Shown in pieces: positions 25,669-36,165 of a stretch of DNA of 64,000 bases. Location: contig CAVXWZ010000002.1 in NCBI GenBank assembly GCA_963765575.1, forward strand, positions 96,001-160,000. The letters are read 5' to 3'. The stretch's first letter is position 1. Every line of letters begins with the position of its first letter. This stretch comes from an uncultured cyanobacterium (lineage in GTDB: Bacteria; Cyanobacteriota; Cyanobacteriia; PCC-6307; Cyanobiaceae). The translations under genes and the position numbers were made by a program. Under the pieces are notes generated by a model. That model made no database searches and was not told the origin of the DNA. It was given only the letters and a program-made list of their open reading frames with translations.

Positions 25669-26049
25669 TCAGGCCTCGTCGGCAGGCAGGGGCGGCAAGC
25701 CATCACTCGCCGCCGATGGTTCATCACCAAAGAGCGCGTCGTCGGTGAGCGCGTCGTCGGTGAGTTCGTCGTAGAGGAGGTCGAGGCCGATCAGCACCCG
25801 TTCACGGTCACTGAGATCACCAATGATGCGGCGCACTGGCGGTGGCAGGATCTTGGCCAGGGTTGGCGTGGCGAGAATCTTATCTTCCTCCGCCAATTGT
25901 GGACTCTTGAGCACGTCAATCACCTTGAGCGCATAAACGCCACGAAATTCCGTTTCCAGAATGTTGCGCAGGGTCTTGAGTGCGCGCATGGAGCTGGGGG
26001 TGTTCCCAGCGACATACAGCTTGAGGATGTAGGTCTTGCGGGCTGGCAT
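25669..26049 (-). CDS. kaiB: Circadian clock protein KaiB
   Basis: [12 protein letters not shown]...[23 protein letters not shown] plus acidic tail. Confidence 0.98.
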   Translation of the reverse strand: MPARKTYILKLYVAGNTPSSMRALKTLRNILETEFRGVYALKVIDVLKSPQLAEEDKILATPTLAKILPPPVRRIIGDLSDRERVLIGLDLLYDELTDDALTDDALFGDEPSAASDGLPPLPADEA

Positions 26050-26066
26050 GGAGAACGATCCGGATA

Positions 26067-26915
26067 TCAGCGGTCGGGTGGTGATCTGTCGATGGTTGGA
26101 TCGGTCGGGATGGAGCGTCGATACATCTCGCAGAGGTGGGCGAGAACATCCAGCAGTGCCAGGCGATAGTCCTGAAGGAATCCATCCCTATGACCCTCCA
26201 GCTTAAGTTGTTTTGCGAAGGCATCGATCAGGGTCATGTGAATCTCGATGGCCTTCGTAATCGGCAGGTCACTGAAGAAAGCCGTGTTCACGAAGCTTTC
26301 CAGGGCCTGGTTGGCCGCCGCCGGATCCCTGAAATACTGCTGTAGCAGGTCGCGGTAGGTGCGTTGCAGGGAAAGGAGCAGGTCTGCCGAATCCCGGGCG
26401 CTGAGATGGCGCAGGAAGCGCGAGGGGTCGCGCTTGTAGAACACCCCGGCCAGGCCGAGGCGATCCTGCAGGCGATCGGCCAGGCGCCAGTGGTCTGAGT
26501 GGGCGCGGTCGCCGGGCGCATCGGCAGACGTCAGGGAACCTTGCTGACCCTGAATCAGGAAGCGGGATACTGCCGCATCGAGGTTGTAACTGAGCTGCTC
26601 AAGCTGGTCGGCGGGCAGGTGCACCTCCGCCTCGTGCAGATCCACCGTGCCGCCTGGGCTGGCCCCGATCACCACGGCAGGCAGGAGCAGCCCGCACTCC
26701 CCGAGAGCTCGGGCCTGCTCCGGGCTGAGGCGGCCCTGCTCCAGCAGCAGAGCATCGATGGCCTCTCCCTGCTCCTGCAGCACCGCCACCGGATCCTGGC
26801 CGTGGTCACAGCGCACCAGCCGGTAGTGCTTCTGGCCGGCCAGCCAGCGGTCCACCGCGGCCTGCAGGGCCGGGTCGTCCAGCAGCGAAACGACAGTGAG
26901 GGGCGAGGCGGGCAT
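26067..26915 (-). CDS. kaiA: Circadian clock protein KaiA (full length)
   Basis: GVFYKRDP...[24 protein letters not shown] with an N-terminal pseudo-receiver. Confidence 0.95.
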   Translation of the reverse strand: MPASPLTVVSLLDDPALQAAVDRWLAGQKHYRLVRCDHGQDPVAVLQEQGEAIDALLLEQGRLSPEQARALGECGLLLPAVVIGASPGGTVDLHEAEVHLPADQLEQLSYNLDAAVSRFLIQGQQGSLTSADAPGDRAHSDHWRLADRLQDRLGLAGVFYKRDPSRFLRHLSARDSADLLLSLQRTYRDLLQQYFRDPAAANQALESFVNTAFFSDLPITKAIEIHMTLIDAFAKQLKLEGHRDGFLQDYRLALLDVLAHLCEMYRRSIPTDPTIDRSPPDR

Positions 26916-27173
26916 GGACGGGCCAAAGGAATGCCCCGCAACGGCATGGACGCGGCGGGTCTGACCATGTTGACGAAGGGAGTGCTGGCGGGGGAAACTT
27001 GCTGTTTGTACTAGGAACTGTGCGCCAGGCCGCAATGGCGGCGGCGCTGGCATGGGCTGAGCGGCCTGTCAACACCACCACTGGCTCAGGTCTGCGCCTG
27101 GTTCAGCCCTGGTCTTGGCTCAGCTCTCCCAAAACTCCAGCGCCAGTCCCCAGCCTGGCCACGCCCCGTTGTC

Positions 27174-27560
27174 ATGTCCCAGTCACCGCCCCCTTCCGCC
27201 GGCTCCAGCGCCCCCCAGGCGCCAGCCGCTCCCTACGCCATCGTTGAGGCGTCCGGCCAGCAGTTCTGGCTGCAGCCCAACCGCTACCTCGACCTGGACC
27301 GCATCGCGGCCGATGTGGACAGCACGGTGACCCTGGACACCGTGCTCCTGGTGAACGACGGCACCACCCCCACCCTGGGCCAGCCCTACGTCAAGGGAGC
27401 CAAGGTGGAGCTGAAGGTGATGGCCCACCGCCGCGGCACCAAGATCATCGTCTACAAAATGCGGCCCAAGAAGAAGACCCGGCGCAAGGCTGGACATCGC
27501 CAGGAACTCACCCGGGTGATGGTTCAGTCCATCAGCGTCAATGGCACAGCCCTGGCCTGA
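27174..27560 (+). CDS. rplU: 50S ribosomal protein L21
   Basis: YAIVEASGQQF...KKKTRRKAGHRQELT. Confidence 0.97.
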   Translation: MSQSPPPSAGSSAPQAPAAPYAIVEASGQQFWLQPNRYLDLDRIAADVDSTVTLDTVLLVNDGTTPTLGQPYVKGAKVELKVMAHRRGTKIIVYKMRPKKKTRRKAGHRQELTRVMVQSISVNGTALA

Positions 27561-27628
27561 GCCAGCCATCAGCGCCAGGCAATCCCCACGCCCGGCCACA
27601 ATCCCCCCAATCCTGAGCATCCTTCCCC

Positions 27629-27892
27629 ATGGCCCACAAGAAAGGCACCGGCTCCACCCGTAACGGCCGCGATTCCAACTCCAAGCGTCTCGGCGTCAAG
27701 GCCTACGGCGGCGCAAGCGTCTCCGCCGGCTCGATTCTGATCCGCCAGCGGGGCACGTCCGTGCTGCCCGGCAGCAACGTGGGCCGTGGCTCCGACGACA
27801 CCCTCTTCGCCCTGGTGGATGGGGTGGTGAGCTTCGACTCGATCAAGCGCAACCTGCGCAACCGCAAGCGCATCAACGTGGCGGTGGGCTGA
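27629..27892 (+). CDS. rpmA: 50S ribosomal protein L27
   Basis: [24 protein letters not shown]. Confidence 0.98.
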   Translation: MAHKKGTGSTRNGRDSNSKRLGVKAYGGASVSAGSILIRQRGTSVLPGSNVGRGSDDTLFALVDGVVSFDSIKRNLRNRKRINVAVG

Positions 27893-27907
27893 GGGGAGCC
27901 CCTGGGC

Positions 27908-28738
27908 TCAGGCCAGCCGGTAGGCGCGGGTCGTGATCAGCAGGGGATGGAACACCTCCAGATAGCGGCTCTGGAGGACGCGGAAAAAGGCTTCCACCAG
28001 CTCCGGCTCATCGATGTGGAAGGGATATTCCCCGTGGTGTCCCTTGAAGAAATACCAATTCAGCAGGGCAACGGCGCCGCTCTGCATGCGTCCGGCGAAC
28101 TGCTCGAGCTGGGCCGCCGGATTGGGGAGGTGCTCAAGCACGTCGAGACACACCACGGTGTCGAAACGGCTGGGAAGGCAGGGGTCATCCAGATCGCGCA
28201 CACAACACAGCCTGTCGCCCAGTCCCAACCGCTGGGCGCGGGCCTCCACAAAGCTGCGGTTGTGCGGGTTGAGGTCCACAAACCACACCCGCTCCACCGC
28301 CTCCAGGCCGGCGGCCGCCAGGGCATGGCTGCCGATTCCTCCACCGAAGTCGAGCACCTCGCCGCGGGCGAAGCGCTGCTGCAACCGCAGGGTGTCGGCG
28401 ATGTACTCGGCACTGTCGAGGTGCCAGGCGGCCAGCTCCAGCAGATGGGCCGACCCCACCAGGTCCTCGTAGAAGCTGGTGGCCTGCTGGGGATCGAAGC
28501 TGCCGGGATGCAGGGCGGCCAGCTCGGCGGTGCTGTGGGGCAGTCGGCGCTCCAGTTCGGCGGGCGTCACCCCCAGGTGCTCGGCCAGCTGCTGCCTGAG
28601 CGCAAAGCCATCGCGGAGAAAGTGATCCACCCCGAGCCGATCCGCAGGGCTCTGGTTCGCTGCGGGCGGCGGATCGGCCAACGCCGCAGCGGTGTTGCCT
28701 GTGCTGCTGTCGTCGTCACGCTGCGGATGTTGCGACAC
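27908..28738 (-). CDS. Class I SAM-dependent methyltransferase
   Basis: VLDFGGGIG motif I and [16 protein letters not shown]. Confidence 0.88.
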   Translation of the reverse strand: MSQHPQRDDDSSTGNTAAALADPPPAANQSPADRLGVDHFLRDGFALRQQLAEHLGVTPAELERRLPHSTAELAALHPGSFDPQQATSFYEDLVGSAHLLELAAWHLDSAEYIADTLRLQQRFARGEVLDFGGGIGSHALAAAGLEAVERVWFVDLNPHNRSFVEARAQRLGLGDRLCCVRDLDDPCLPSRFDTVVCLDVLEHLPNPAAQLEQFAGRMQSGAVALLNWYFFKGHHGEYPFHIDEPELVEAFFRVLQSRYLEVFHPLLITTRAYRLA

Positions 28739-28765
28739 CGCCCCCCTGTTCCGGATCGGCCCAAG

Positions 28766-29473
28766 TTACGCATCCCCCAGTTCCGCCCCGGGCCCCGGCA
28801 CCTCCAGCCAGCGCCGCAGCCAGCCCACAAGCCAGTAGAAGGGCATCGTGTCGATCAGGGCGGCCAGGGCCTTGAACAGGTAGCCGCTGGCGACATAGCT
28901 GGCCAGCTGGGGCAGCACCGGCGCCTCCGCGCGCAGGGGCAGCACGTGGTTGGCGTAGTGGCTGATCAACACCACGGCACTGGTGTCCACCAACTGGCTC
29001 ACCAGGGTGGAGCCGTTGTTGCGCAGCCACAGGGCCTTGCCGTCGCTGACGCGCTTCCAGAAATGAAACAGGCGCACATCGATGAACTGGGCCGCCATGT
29101 AGGCCACCATCGAAGCCCCCACCGCACCGAAGGCCAGCCGCCGCACCTCGAAGAAGGTGGCCTCCGGGGCTCCGGGCAGACCCGGCAGGACGCCTCCCAG
29201 CCAGAGGATCAGCACGATCCAGCCGTTGAGGGCCAGTCCCACCCACACCAGCTGGCTCGCCCGTCGCTCCCCCCAGAGCTCACTGATCAGATCGGTGCAG
29301 AGAAACGTCACCGGGTAGGGCAGGGCCCCCACCGCCACCACGATGGGCCAGGAGCCGATCGACCCGATCTGCAGGAACCGGGTGAGTCCCAGGATGTTGA
29401 GCATCCCCATCGTGCCCAGGAAGATTCCCGCCAACACCAGAAACACCAGCTCACGGCGCTGCTGCAGGGTCAT
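28766..29473 (-). CDS. Queuosine precursor transporter (YhhQ/VUT family)
   Basis: YPVTFLCTDLISELWG and LWLRNNGSTLVSQLVDT; multiple TM segments. Confidence 0.88.
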   Translation of the reverse strand: MTLQQRRELVFLVLAGIFLGTMGMLNILGLTRFLQIGSIGSWPIVVAVGALPYPVTFLCTDLISELWGERRASQLVWVGLALNGWIVLILWLGGVLPGLPGAPEATFFEVRRLAFGAVGASMVAYMAAQFIDVRLFHFWKRVSDGKALWLRNNGSTLVSQLVDTSAVVLISHYANHVLPLRAEAPVLPQLASYVASGYLFKALAALIDTMPFYWLVGWLRRWLEVPGPGAELGDA

Positions 29474-29514
29474 GGCGGTGGGGCATGGCAGCGTTCAGCC
29501 TGACGCGGGGGCCC

Positions 29515-30414
29515 ATGGCTGACCAGCCCTGTGGATTCCTGGTGCTCGACAAGCCGGCGGGGCCCAGCTCCCACGCCTGCGTCAGCCGGGTGCGGCGGGC
29601 CTACGGCCTGCGCCGGGTGGGCCATGGCGGCACCCTTGATCCGGCCGTCACCGGCGTGCTGCCGATCGCCCTGGGCCCCGCCACCCGGCTGCTGCCCTAC
29701 CTCAGCGGCGACAAGACCTACCGGGGCACGGTGCAGCTGGGCCTCACCACCAGCAGTGATGACCTCCAGGGGGAGGTGCTGGAGCGACGCCCCGTCCCCG
29801 GCCTGGATCCGGACGCGATCAACACCGCCCTGGAGCGGTTCCGTGGGCCGATCGCCCAGGTGCCTCCGCAGGTGTCGGCCGTGCATGTGGATGGCCAGCG
29901 GGCCTATCAGCGGGTGCGGCGGGGCGAGACCCTCGCCCTGGCGCCACGGCCGGTGCTGATCCAGCGGCTGGAACTGCTCAGCTGGGACCCCGCCGGCGCC
30001 AGGCTGGAGCTGGAGGTGGCCTGCTCGGCCGGCACCTACATCCGCTCCCTGGCGCGCGACCTGGGGGCCCTGCTGGGCTGCGGCGGCACCCTGGCCAGCC
30101 TGCGCCGCAGCGCCGCCCTCGGGTTCACCCTGGCGCAGGCGGTGCCCCTTGATGCCCTCGAGCAGCTCCCCCGCCCCCCCCTGCTGACGCCCCTGGCGGC
30201 CCTGGCCCATCTGCCCCGACAGCGGCTCAGCCCCGAGCAGCTGGCCGGCTGGCGCTGCGGTCGTCAGCTCGCCGCTGAGCCCCCAGCCACGACGGCTGTG
30301 GCCGAGGGCCAGGCCGTGGTGGTGGTGGCGCCGGATGGCAATCTGGCGGGCATGGCCCGGGCCACCGCCGATGGTCTGCTGCAGCCGAAGCTGGTGCTCG
30401 AGGCGGCCGGGTGA
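29515..30414 (+). CDS. truB: tRNA pseudouridine(55) synthase
   Basis: LDKPAG, VGHGGTLDP, QVPPQVSA, CSAGTYIRSLARDLG. Confidence 0.96.
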   Translation: MADQPCGFLVLDKPAGPSSHACVSRVRRAYGLRRVGHGGTLDPAVTGVLPIALGPATRLLPYLSGDKTYRGTVQLGLTTSSDDLQGEVLERRPVPGLDPDAINTALERFRGPIAQVPPQVSAVHVDGQRAYQRVRRGETLALAPRPVLIQRLELLSWDPAGARLELEVACSAGTYIRSLARDLGALLGCGGTLASLRRSAALGFTLAQAVPLDALEQLPRPPLLTPLAALAHLPRQRLSPEQLAGWRCGRQLAAEPPATTAVAEGQAVVVVAPDGNLAGMARATADGLLQPKLVLEAAG

Positions 30415-30447
30415 TCCCGTTGTTCACTCCCCCCTGGGCTTCCCGCC

Positions 30448-31293
30448 ATGGCCGGCCACAGCAAATGGGCCCAGATCAAGCGCAGCAAGGCGGTGGTCGA
30501 CGCCAAGCGGGGGGCGCTGTTCACCCGCCTGGGGCGGGAGATCATGGTGTCGGCCCGGGCTGGGGCTGATCCGGCGGGCAACTTCCAGTTGCGCACGGCG
30601 ATCGAGAAGGCCAGGGCGGCCGGAATGCCCAACAGCAACATCGAGCGGGCGATCGCCAAGGGCTCAGGCCAGTTGAGCGGCGGGGTCGAGGCCTTCGAGG
30701 CCGTGCGCTACGAGGGCTATGGACCTGGCGGGGTGGCCGTGCTCGTGGAGGCACTCACCGACAACCGCAACCGCACCGCCGCTGACCTGCGACTGGCCTT
30801 CGGCAAGCACGGCGGCAATCTCGGCGAGAGCGGTTGCGTGGGCTATCTGTTCGAAGCGCGCAGCGTGGCGCGGCTGCGGCAGGGCGCTCTCGATGAGGAG
30901 CAGCTGCTGGAGGCCCTGCTGGCCCTGGAGAGCGCAGGGGCCGTGACCGTGCTGGGTTATGAGCTCGGGCTCGACGACGGGGCCGATGGCGAGGCCACTG
31001 ACGAAACTTGTGACAAAGCCGGTGACGCCGCCGCGGGCCGCTGCACCAGCACCGAGGTGTTCGCCCCCTTCGCCCAGCTCGAGGCCCTGCAGGATGGCCT
31101 GAGGCGGCAGGGGCTGGCCGTGGGCAGCTGGGAGCACCGCTGGATTCCACTGGTGGGCTGCCCGCTCAGCGATCCCGGGCAGCTGGGCGCCTGTCTGCGC
31201 ATGCTCGATACCCTCGAGGAGCTCGACGACGTGCGCACGGTCACCAGCAACCTGGAGGCGGAGGGCGCTCTGCTCGACCAACTGCTGGCCTGA
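30448..31293 (+). CDS. yebC: YebC/PmpR family protein
   Basis: [28 protein letters not shown]. Confidence 0.95.
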   Translation: MAGHSKWAQIKRSKAVVDAKRGALFTRLGREIMVSARAGADPAGNFQLRTAIEKARAAGMPNSNIERAIAKGSGQLSGGVEAFEAVRYEGYGPGGVAVLVEALTDNRNRTAADLRLAFGKHGGNLGESGCVGYLFEARSVARLRQGALDEEQLLEALLALESAGAVTVLGYELGLDDGADGEATDETCDKAGDAAAGRCTSTEVFAPFAQLEALQDGLRRQGLAVGSWEHRWIPLVGCPLSDPGQLGACLRMLDTLEELDDVRTVTSNLEAEGALLDQLLA

Positions 31294-31304
31294 GACCGGT
31301 CCCC

Positions 31305-32078
31305 TCAGAGGTCGCTGGCGCTGAGGGCAGCCCGATCGGCGATCACCCGCACCGCCGGGTGGTGCTGCAGCCAGCTGGCCGGCAGCTGCGCTGAGGGCGG
31401 CTCCCGCAGCAGTCGCCGCAGCACCGCGGCCTTGGGAGCGCCGGTGACGACCAGCAGGATGCGCCGGGCCGCCAGGATCTCCGCCAGGCCGAGGGTGATG
31501 GCCCGCGCCGGTACCGCCTCCGGGTCATCCGCGAAGGCGGCGGCGTTGTGCCGGCGCGTGGCGGCGCTGAGCTCGACCGGCCGGCAGGAGCTCGAGGCGG
31601 TGCAGGGGGGTTCGTTGAAGCCCACATGGCCGTTCACCCCCAGGCCCAGCAGCTGCAGACCGATGCCGCCGGCGGCGCGGATCTCGGCGCCATAGCGCCG
31701 GGACTCCGCCGCCGCGTCCGCCGCCCGGCCATCGGGCAGGTGCACCCGGGCGGGATCCAGCTGCAGGGGGCGGGTCAGGCTGGCGGCCATGAAGACCGCG
31801 AAGGATCCGGGATCACCGCTGGGCAGGCCCACATACTCATCGAGGTTGTAACTGCACCAGCCCTGGCGCAGCTGCCGGCGCTGCTCGTCGTTCAGCGCCC
31901 GCACAGCCGCCACCAGGGCGCCGTACACCGGCACCATGGTGCTCCCGGTGGCCAGCCCCAGTGGCTGCGGCTGTGGCGAGAGGCGGTCCGCCAGCACCTG
32001 CCGTGCCACCTCCCGGGCAACGGCGTCGGGGTCATCGAGTGCGGTCAGCGCCAGGCGCTGGCGAACGGCGGCGCTCAA
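31305..32078 (-). CDS. nagB: Glucosamine-6-phosphate deaminase
   Basis: LGLATGST, NLDEYVGL, LGLGVNGHVGFNEP. Confidence 0.92.
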   Translation of the reverse strand: MSAAVRQRLALTALDDPDAVAREVARQVLADRLSPQPQPLGLATGSTMVPVYGALVAAVRALNDEQRRQLRQGWCSYNLDEYVGLPSGDPGSFAVFMAASLTRPLQLDPARVHLPDGRAADAAAESRRYGAEIRAAGGIGLQLLGLGVNGHVGFNEPPCTASSSCRPVELSAATRRHNAAAFADDPEAVPARAITLGLAEILAARRILLVVTGAPKAAVLRRLLREPPSAQLPASWLQHHPAVRVIADRAALSASDL

Positions 32079-33453
32079 GCGGGCTCAGCGCGGGAGCGTA
32101 GGGTCGCAGCTGCGTACCCCGGTAGTAGTGGCTGAGGATGCGCTCGTGGGTCTCCCCGCGGCGGGCCATGGCGTAGGCGCCCCACTGGCTCATGCCCACC
32201 CCGTGGCCGAAGCCGCGGCCCACCGCCAGCAGGGCCGGCTGGGTCGGCGTTTGGGGCGTGGCGAGAGCCCCGCGATCGCCACCCGAGACTGCAGCGCTGG
32301 CCAGGCGGACGCTGGGGATCGGCGGCGGCGGCGGCGGCAGCAGGGCCAAGGGGGAGGCCTGGGCCGGGACCCGCTGGGAAGCGAGCACCTCGAAGCGCAC
32401 CTGGGTGCTGCGCAGCCCCAGCCGCGAGCGCAGCTGCGGGCCGGTGACCACCAGGGTGCCTCGGGGACCCACCACCCGGGCCTGACGCACCCGGCCGGTG
32501 GCCGTGGTGGTGAGCACATCGATGCGATACACCCCGCCGGTTTCAACGAAGGCCTGGCGCAGGCGTTCGGGGGGGAGCAGTTCCCGCCACTGATGCACCG
32601 GACTGTCGTCGTCGAAATCGGGCACGCTCACCAGGTAGGGCAGCTGGCGCTGCCAGATGTCACCGCTGTTTTCAGTGAGACCACCGCTGCTGCTGTGGAA
32701 GACCGCGTTGGCCAGGCTGGAGCCGAACATCAGCACCTGGCCGCGGGTGCTGGCCACCGCCTGGCGGGTGGACGCGGTCTCCGACTCCAGCCCTTTGTAG
32801 ACCTGGCTGCTGACCGTGGACTTGAGGTCGTAGTTGGCCTCTGGCTTGCGTTGGCGCAGGGCATAGGTGCGGGCAGCCACGGCCTGGGCGCGCAGGGCCG
32901 ACTGGGGCCAGCTGGCGGGCATTTCGCTACCCACCACGCTGGGCAGATAGGTCTCGAGCGGCACGTGGTTGATGGCCTGCAGCCCGCCGCCGCTGGCCAG
33001 CAGCCGCAACCGTCCCCGGTAGCGGCGCTGCTGCAGCTGGAACACCCCTGCCTGGTCGGTGCGGCTGCCGGGCACGGCTTCCAGCCAGTAGGCGGAGGCC
33101 TGGGGCAGCAGCACGCTCCTGGCGGCGGCACCGCCTGTGGCCTGCGGGATGACCAGGCGCACCCGCCCCCCCTGCATCGACACGGTGGTGGTGGTGGCAG
33201 GCGGCAGCTGCACCCCACCGGGCTGGAGCCGCACCGGCTGCCCCAGGGAGCCCACCGAGAGGCTGGCGCCTTCAGCCAGCAGCACCCGCACTTCGGGCTC
33301 GCCCGAGCGGGCCTGCAGGGTGGCATCGCCGCCGGCGATAACGGCTGGCACGGACACGGCCACCAGCGAGAGCACCGGTGTCCAGGGGCGCAGGGACAGG
33401 GCCACGGCTGAGAGGAACGACAAGGCCACCCATTGTGACCGGCGTGGCAGCAT
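32032..33453 (-). CDS. SpoIID/LytB domain protein (peptidoglycan lytic transglycosylase)
   Basis: [43 protein letters not shown]; signal peptide. Confidence 0.92.
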   Translation of the reverse strand: MLPRRSQWVALSFLSAVALSLRPWTPVLSLVAVSVPAVIAGGDATLQARSGEPEVRVLLAEGASLSVGSLGQPVRLQPGGVQLPPATTTTVSMQGGRVRLVIPQATGGAAARSVLLPQASAYWLEAVPGSRTDQAGVFQLQQRRYRGRLRLLASGGGLQAINHVPLETYLPSVVGSEMPASWPQSALRAQAVAARTYALRQRKPEANYDLKSTVSSQVYKGLESETASTRQAVASTRGQVLMFGSSLANAVFHSSSGGLTENSGDIWQRQLPYLVSVPDFDDDSPVHQWRELLPPERLRQAFVETGGVYRIDVLTTTATGRVRQARVVGPRGTLVVTGPQLRSRLGLRSTQVRFEVLASQRVPAQASPLALLPPPPPPIPSVRLASAAVSGGDRGALATPQTPTQPALLAVGRGFGHGVGMSQWGAYAMARRGETHERILSHYYRGTQLRPYAPALSPLERRRSPAPGADRTR

Positions 33454-33473
33454 GCGCCAGAGGCCATCCCCCC

Positions 33474-34451
33474 GTGCAGGTCACCTTTCTCGGCACGAGC
33501 TCCGGGGTGCCGACCCGGGGCCGCAACGTTTCGGCGGTGGCCCTGCGCCTGCCCCAGCGGGCCGAGCTCTGGCTGTTCGACTGCGGCGAGGGCACGCAAC
33601 ACCAGTTTCTGCGCAGCGATCTGCGGGTGAGTCAGCTGCGGCGGGTCTTTGTGACCCACATGCACGGCGACCACGTGTTCGGACTGCCCGGCCTGCTGGC
33701 CAGCCTTGGCCTGGCGGGCACCTGCACGGGCATCGACCTCTACGGCCCGGACCGGCTGCGCGATTACCTCGACGGTGTGCTGCACACCAGCTCCACCCGC
33801 ATCAGCTATCCCCTGCGGCACCACCGGGTGCGGCAGGCCGCCGATCGGGGCATCCCGCTGCTGGAGCTGGAGGACATCAGCGTGCGCTGCGCGCCCCTGA
33901 CCCACCGCGTGCCCGCCGTCGCCTACCGGGTGGACCAGAAACCCAGGCCCGGCCGCTTCGATGTGGCCAAGGCCGCGGAGCTGGGCATCCCCCCCGGGCC
34001 GATCTACGCCCGTTTGAAGCGGGGGGCCAGCGTCACCCTCGAGGACGGGCGCATCATCAACGGAGCCAGCCTGTGCGGGCCCGAGCGGCCCGGCGCCAGC
34101 ATCGTGTACTGCACCGACACGGTGTTCTGTGAGGCGGCGGTGGAGCTGGCGGCGGGCGCCGATCTGCTCATCCACGAGAGCACCTTTGCCCACGCCGAGG
34201 CGGAGCTCGCCTTCGCCCGGCAGCACTCCACCACCACCATGGCGGCCCAGACGGCCCTGGCCGCCGGGGTGAAGCAGCTGGCCCTCACCCACCTCAGCCC
34301 CCGCTATGGGCCCGGCAATGCCGTCACCCCCGACGACCTGCTGGCGGAGGCCCGGGCGATCTTCCCGAACACGCTGCTGGCCCGGGACTTCCTCAGCATC
34401 GACGTGCTGGCGGAGGAGCCGACGCCGGCGCGGGCGGCCGCCCGCACCTGA
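33474..34451 (+). CDS. rnz: Ribonuclease Z
   Basis: [37 protein letters not shown]. Confidence 0.96.
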   Translation: MQVTFLGTSSGVPTRGRNVSAVALRLPQRAELWLFDCGEGTQHQFLRSDLRVSQLRRVFVTHMHGDHVFGLPGLLASLGLAGTCTGIDLYGPDRLRDYLDGVLHTSSTRISYPLRHHRVRQAADRGIPLLELEDISVRCAPLTHRVPAVAYRVDQKPRPGRFDVAKAAELGIPPGPIYARLKRGASVTLEDGRIINGASLCGPERPGASIVYCTDTVFCEAAVELAAGADLLIHESTFAHAEAELAFARQHSTTTMAAQTALAAGVKQLALTHLSPRYGPGNAVTPDDLLAEARAIFPNTLLARDFLSIDVLAEEPTPARAAART

Positions 34452-34580
34452 ACCGGCGCTGGCCTGGGCGCCAAGCGCCTGCGCCTGCAACAGTTCTCCC
34501 GAATCCGGACCGGAGCCCCCGGCGCCCGTGATACAAGGTCTCCGATGCGGTTGTCACCGCCCCCCATCCGGCTTCTCCCC

Positions 34581-35135
34581 ATGGCCTCGACCCCCCCGGG
34601 CTTCGCCGCCCCCTCCCTGCACAGGCCCCTGCGCCGGGCCCTGCGTTCCGCGCTCCACACCCTGGTGGCCCTGCCCCTCGTGCTGCTGCTCTGCGTGGGC
34701 TTCAGCGGGCAGGCCCTGGCCGCCCAGTGGACCACCGAACAGCTCACGGTGCCCAGTGGTGCCGATGGCAGCACCGTGACCTTCACCGAGCAGGAGGTCA
34801 AGGCCGGACGCAAGCTGTTCAACTCCAGCTGCGGCGAGTGCCATGCCGGCGGCATCACCAAGACCAACCAGAACGTGGGGCTGGATCTCCAGGCCCTGGC
34901 CCTGGCCACCCCCTCGCGGGACAACGTGGACGCCCTGGTGGACTACATGAAGGATCCCACCAGCTACGACGGCGAGTATTCGATCGCCGAGGTGCACCCC
35001 AGCATGCGCAGCAGCGACATCTTCGTGAAGATGCGCGACCTCGATGACGAGGACCTCAAGCTGATGGCCGGTTTCATCCTCACCGCTCCCAAGGTCCAAG
35101 GCGTGCAGTGGGGCGGCGGCAAGATCTACTTCTGA
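34581..35135 (+). CDS. psbV: Photosystem II cytochrome c550
   Basis: CGECH heme motif, GGITKTN, YMKDPTSYDG, terminal WGGGKIYF; signal peptide. Confidence 0.96.
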   Translation: MASTPPGFAAPSLHRPLRRALRSALHTLVALPLVLLLCVGFSGQALAAQWTTEQLTVPSGADGSTVTFTEQEVKAGRKLFNSSCGECHAGGITKTNQNVGLDLQALALATPSRDNVDALVDYMKDPTSYDGEYSIAEVHPSMRSSDIFVKMRDLDDEDLKLMAGFILTAPKVQGVQWGGGKIYF

Positions 35136-35163
35136 ACGGGCTCAACGCGTTGAGCGCTCTGCG

Positions 35164-35194
35164 GCCCCCGGCACCTGAGGTGCCGGGGGCTTTT
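35164..35194 (+). terminator. Intrinsic terminator after psbV
   Basis: 12-bp stem GCCCCCGGCACC-tga-GGTGCCGGGGGC followed by TTTT. Confidence 0.85.
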
Positions 35195-35214
35195 GGCTGC
35201 GCTCGCCTGCCGAG

Positions 35215-35634
35215 CTAGGCGCTGGCCTTCTGGCCCGGCCCAGCGGGCTCAACCGTGGGGCAGACGTTGGCGGGCTCAAGGGACGCCGGCAGCTTGCTGT
35301 ACCACCATTCCTGCAGCGGCGGCTGCAGCCGCACCGGGAACAGGGTCACCACCGTGCGGGTGGGCCGGGCGCCGGGCAGCAGCAGTTCAACGGCATAGGA
35401 GGGGCAGCGCCGCGCGGCCAGGTCGGCCACGAAGCGGCGGCCGATGCGCCGCCAGCTGGGCTCCTTGCTGCGCCAGGCCAGGCGACAGCAGGGCCAGGGC
35501 AGCTCCTCGCGGTCGAACAGGCGACAGCAGGGCCCCAGGATGCGGTAGCTGTACTGCCCGCCCACACTGGTGTGCTCCGAACCGGGCGGCAGCAGCTGCT
35601 CGGCAGCTCGGGTGAGGGGGAACAGGGAGGACAT
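35215..35634 (-). CDS. Conserved hypothetical protein with duplicated PCCRL motif
   Basis: YRILGPCCRLFDREELPWPCCRLAWRSKEPSWRRIG; lies directly downstream of petF. Confidence 0.75.
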   Translation of the reverse strand: MSSLFPLTRAAEQLLPPGSEHTSVGGQYSYRILGPCCRLFDREELPWPCCRLAWRSKEPSWRRIGRRFVADLAARRCPSYAVELLLPGARPTRTVVTLFPVRLQPPLQEWWYSKLPASLEPANVCPTVEPAGPGQKASA

Positions 35635-35635
35635 C

Positions 35636-35658
35636 AAAAAGCCACCCCGAAGGGTGGC
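35636..35658 (-). terminator. Intrinsic terminator after petF
   Basis: Minus strand reads GCCACCC-TTCG-GGGTGGC-TTTTT. Confidence 0.85.
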
Positions 35659-35688
35659 GGAGGACGAAGCGGAGATCAACTCCAGGAC

Positions 35689-35988
35689 TCAGTAGAGCTC
35701 TTCTTCGGCGTGGGTGGTGATGGAGCAGTCGCTGGTGGGGTAGGCGACGCAGGTGAGCACGAAGCCAGCCTCGATCTGGTCGTCGTCGAGGAAGCTCTGA
35801 TCCGACTGGTCAACGGTTCCGGAGGTGAGCTTGCCAGCGCAGGTGCTGCAGGCACCGGCACGGCAGGAGTAGGGGAGGTCGATGCCCTGCTCTTCAGCGG
35901 CGTCGAGGATGTACTGGTCGTCAGGAACCTCGATGGTCTTGTTGAGGCCCTCGCTCTCGTTGATGAGGGTGACCTTGTAGGAAGCCAT
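35689..35988 (-). CDS. petF: Plant-type [2Fe-2S] ferredoxin
   Basis: [17 protein letters not shown]...LTCVAYP. Confidence 0.98.
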   Translation of the reverse strand: MASYKVTLINESEGLNKTIEVPDDQYILDAAEEQGIDLPYSCRAGACSTCAGKLTSGTVDQSDQSFLDDDQIEAGFVLTCVAYPTSDCSITTHAEEELY

Positions 35989-36165
35989 GAAAGGGATTGG
36001 AGCTCACAGGCACCCGGGCAACCGGGCCTGTAGGACCCGCCCTTCCTACATCCGACCACCGCCTTTCCCGTCGGTTTGGGAGGCGCGCCTGCGGAAGGCC
36101 AATCAAAGCCAGATCACTTATCAGCGTGCCTTATGCGACAAGGCCCGCCGTTTGCCGGTGCCGGT

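Noticed and set aside
30955..31055. Acidic insertion in YebC, plus similar low-complexity loops (Gly-rich in the 44009 dehydrogenase, 21-bp duplication at 63071-63108 in nadE)
   Set aside because: In-frame loop or linker expansions with no intein or mobile-element hallmarks.
32032..32100. 47-nt overlap of the SpoIID gene tail with nagB as a possible fourth frameshift
   Set aside because: All conserved SpoIID motifs are complete, and this cannot be told apart from a natural tail without reads or homologues.
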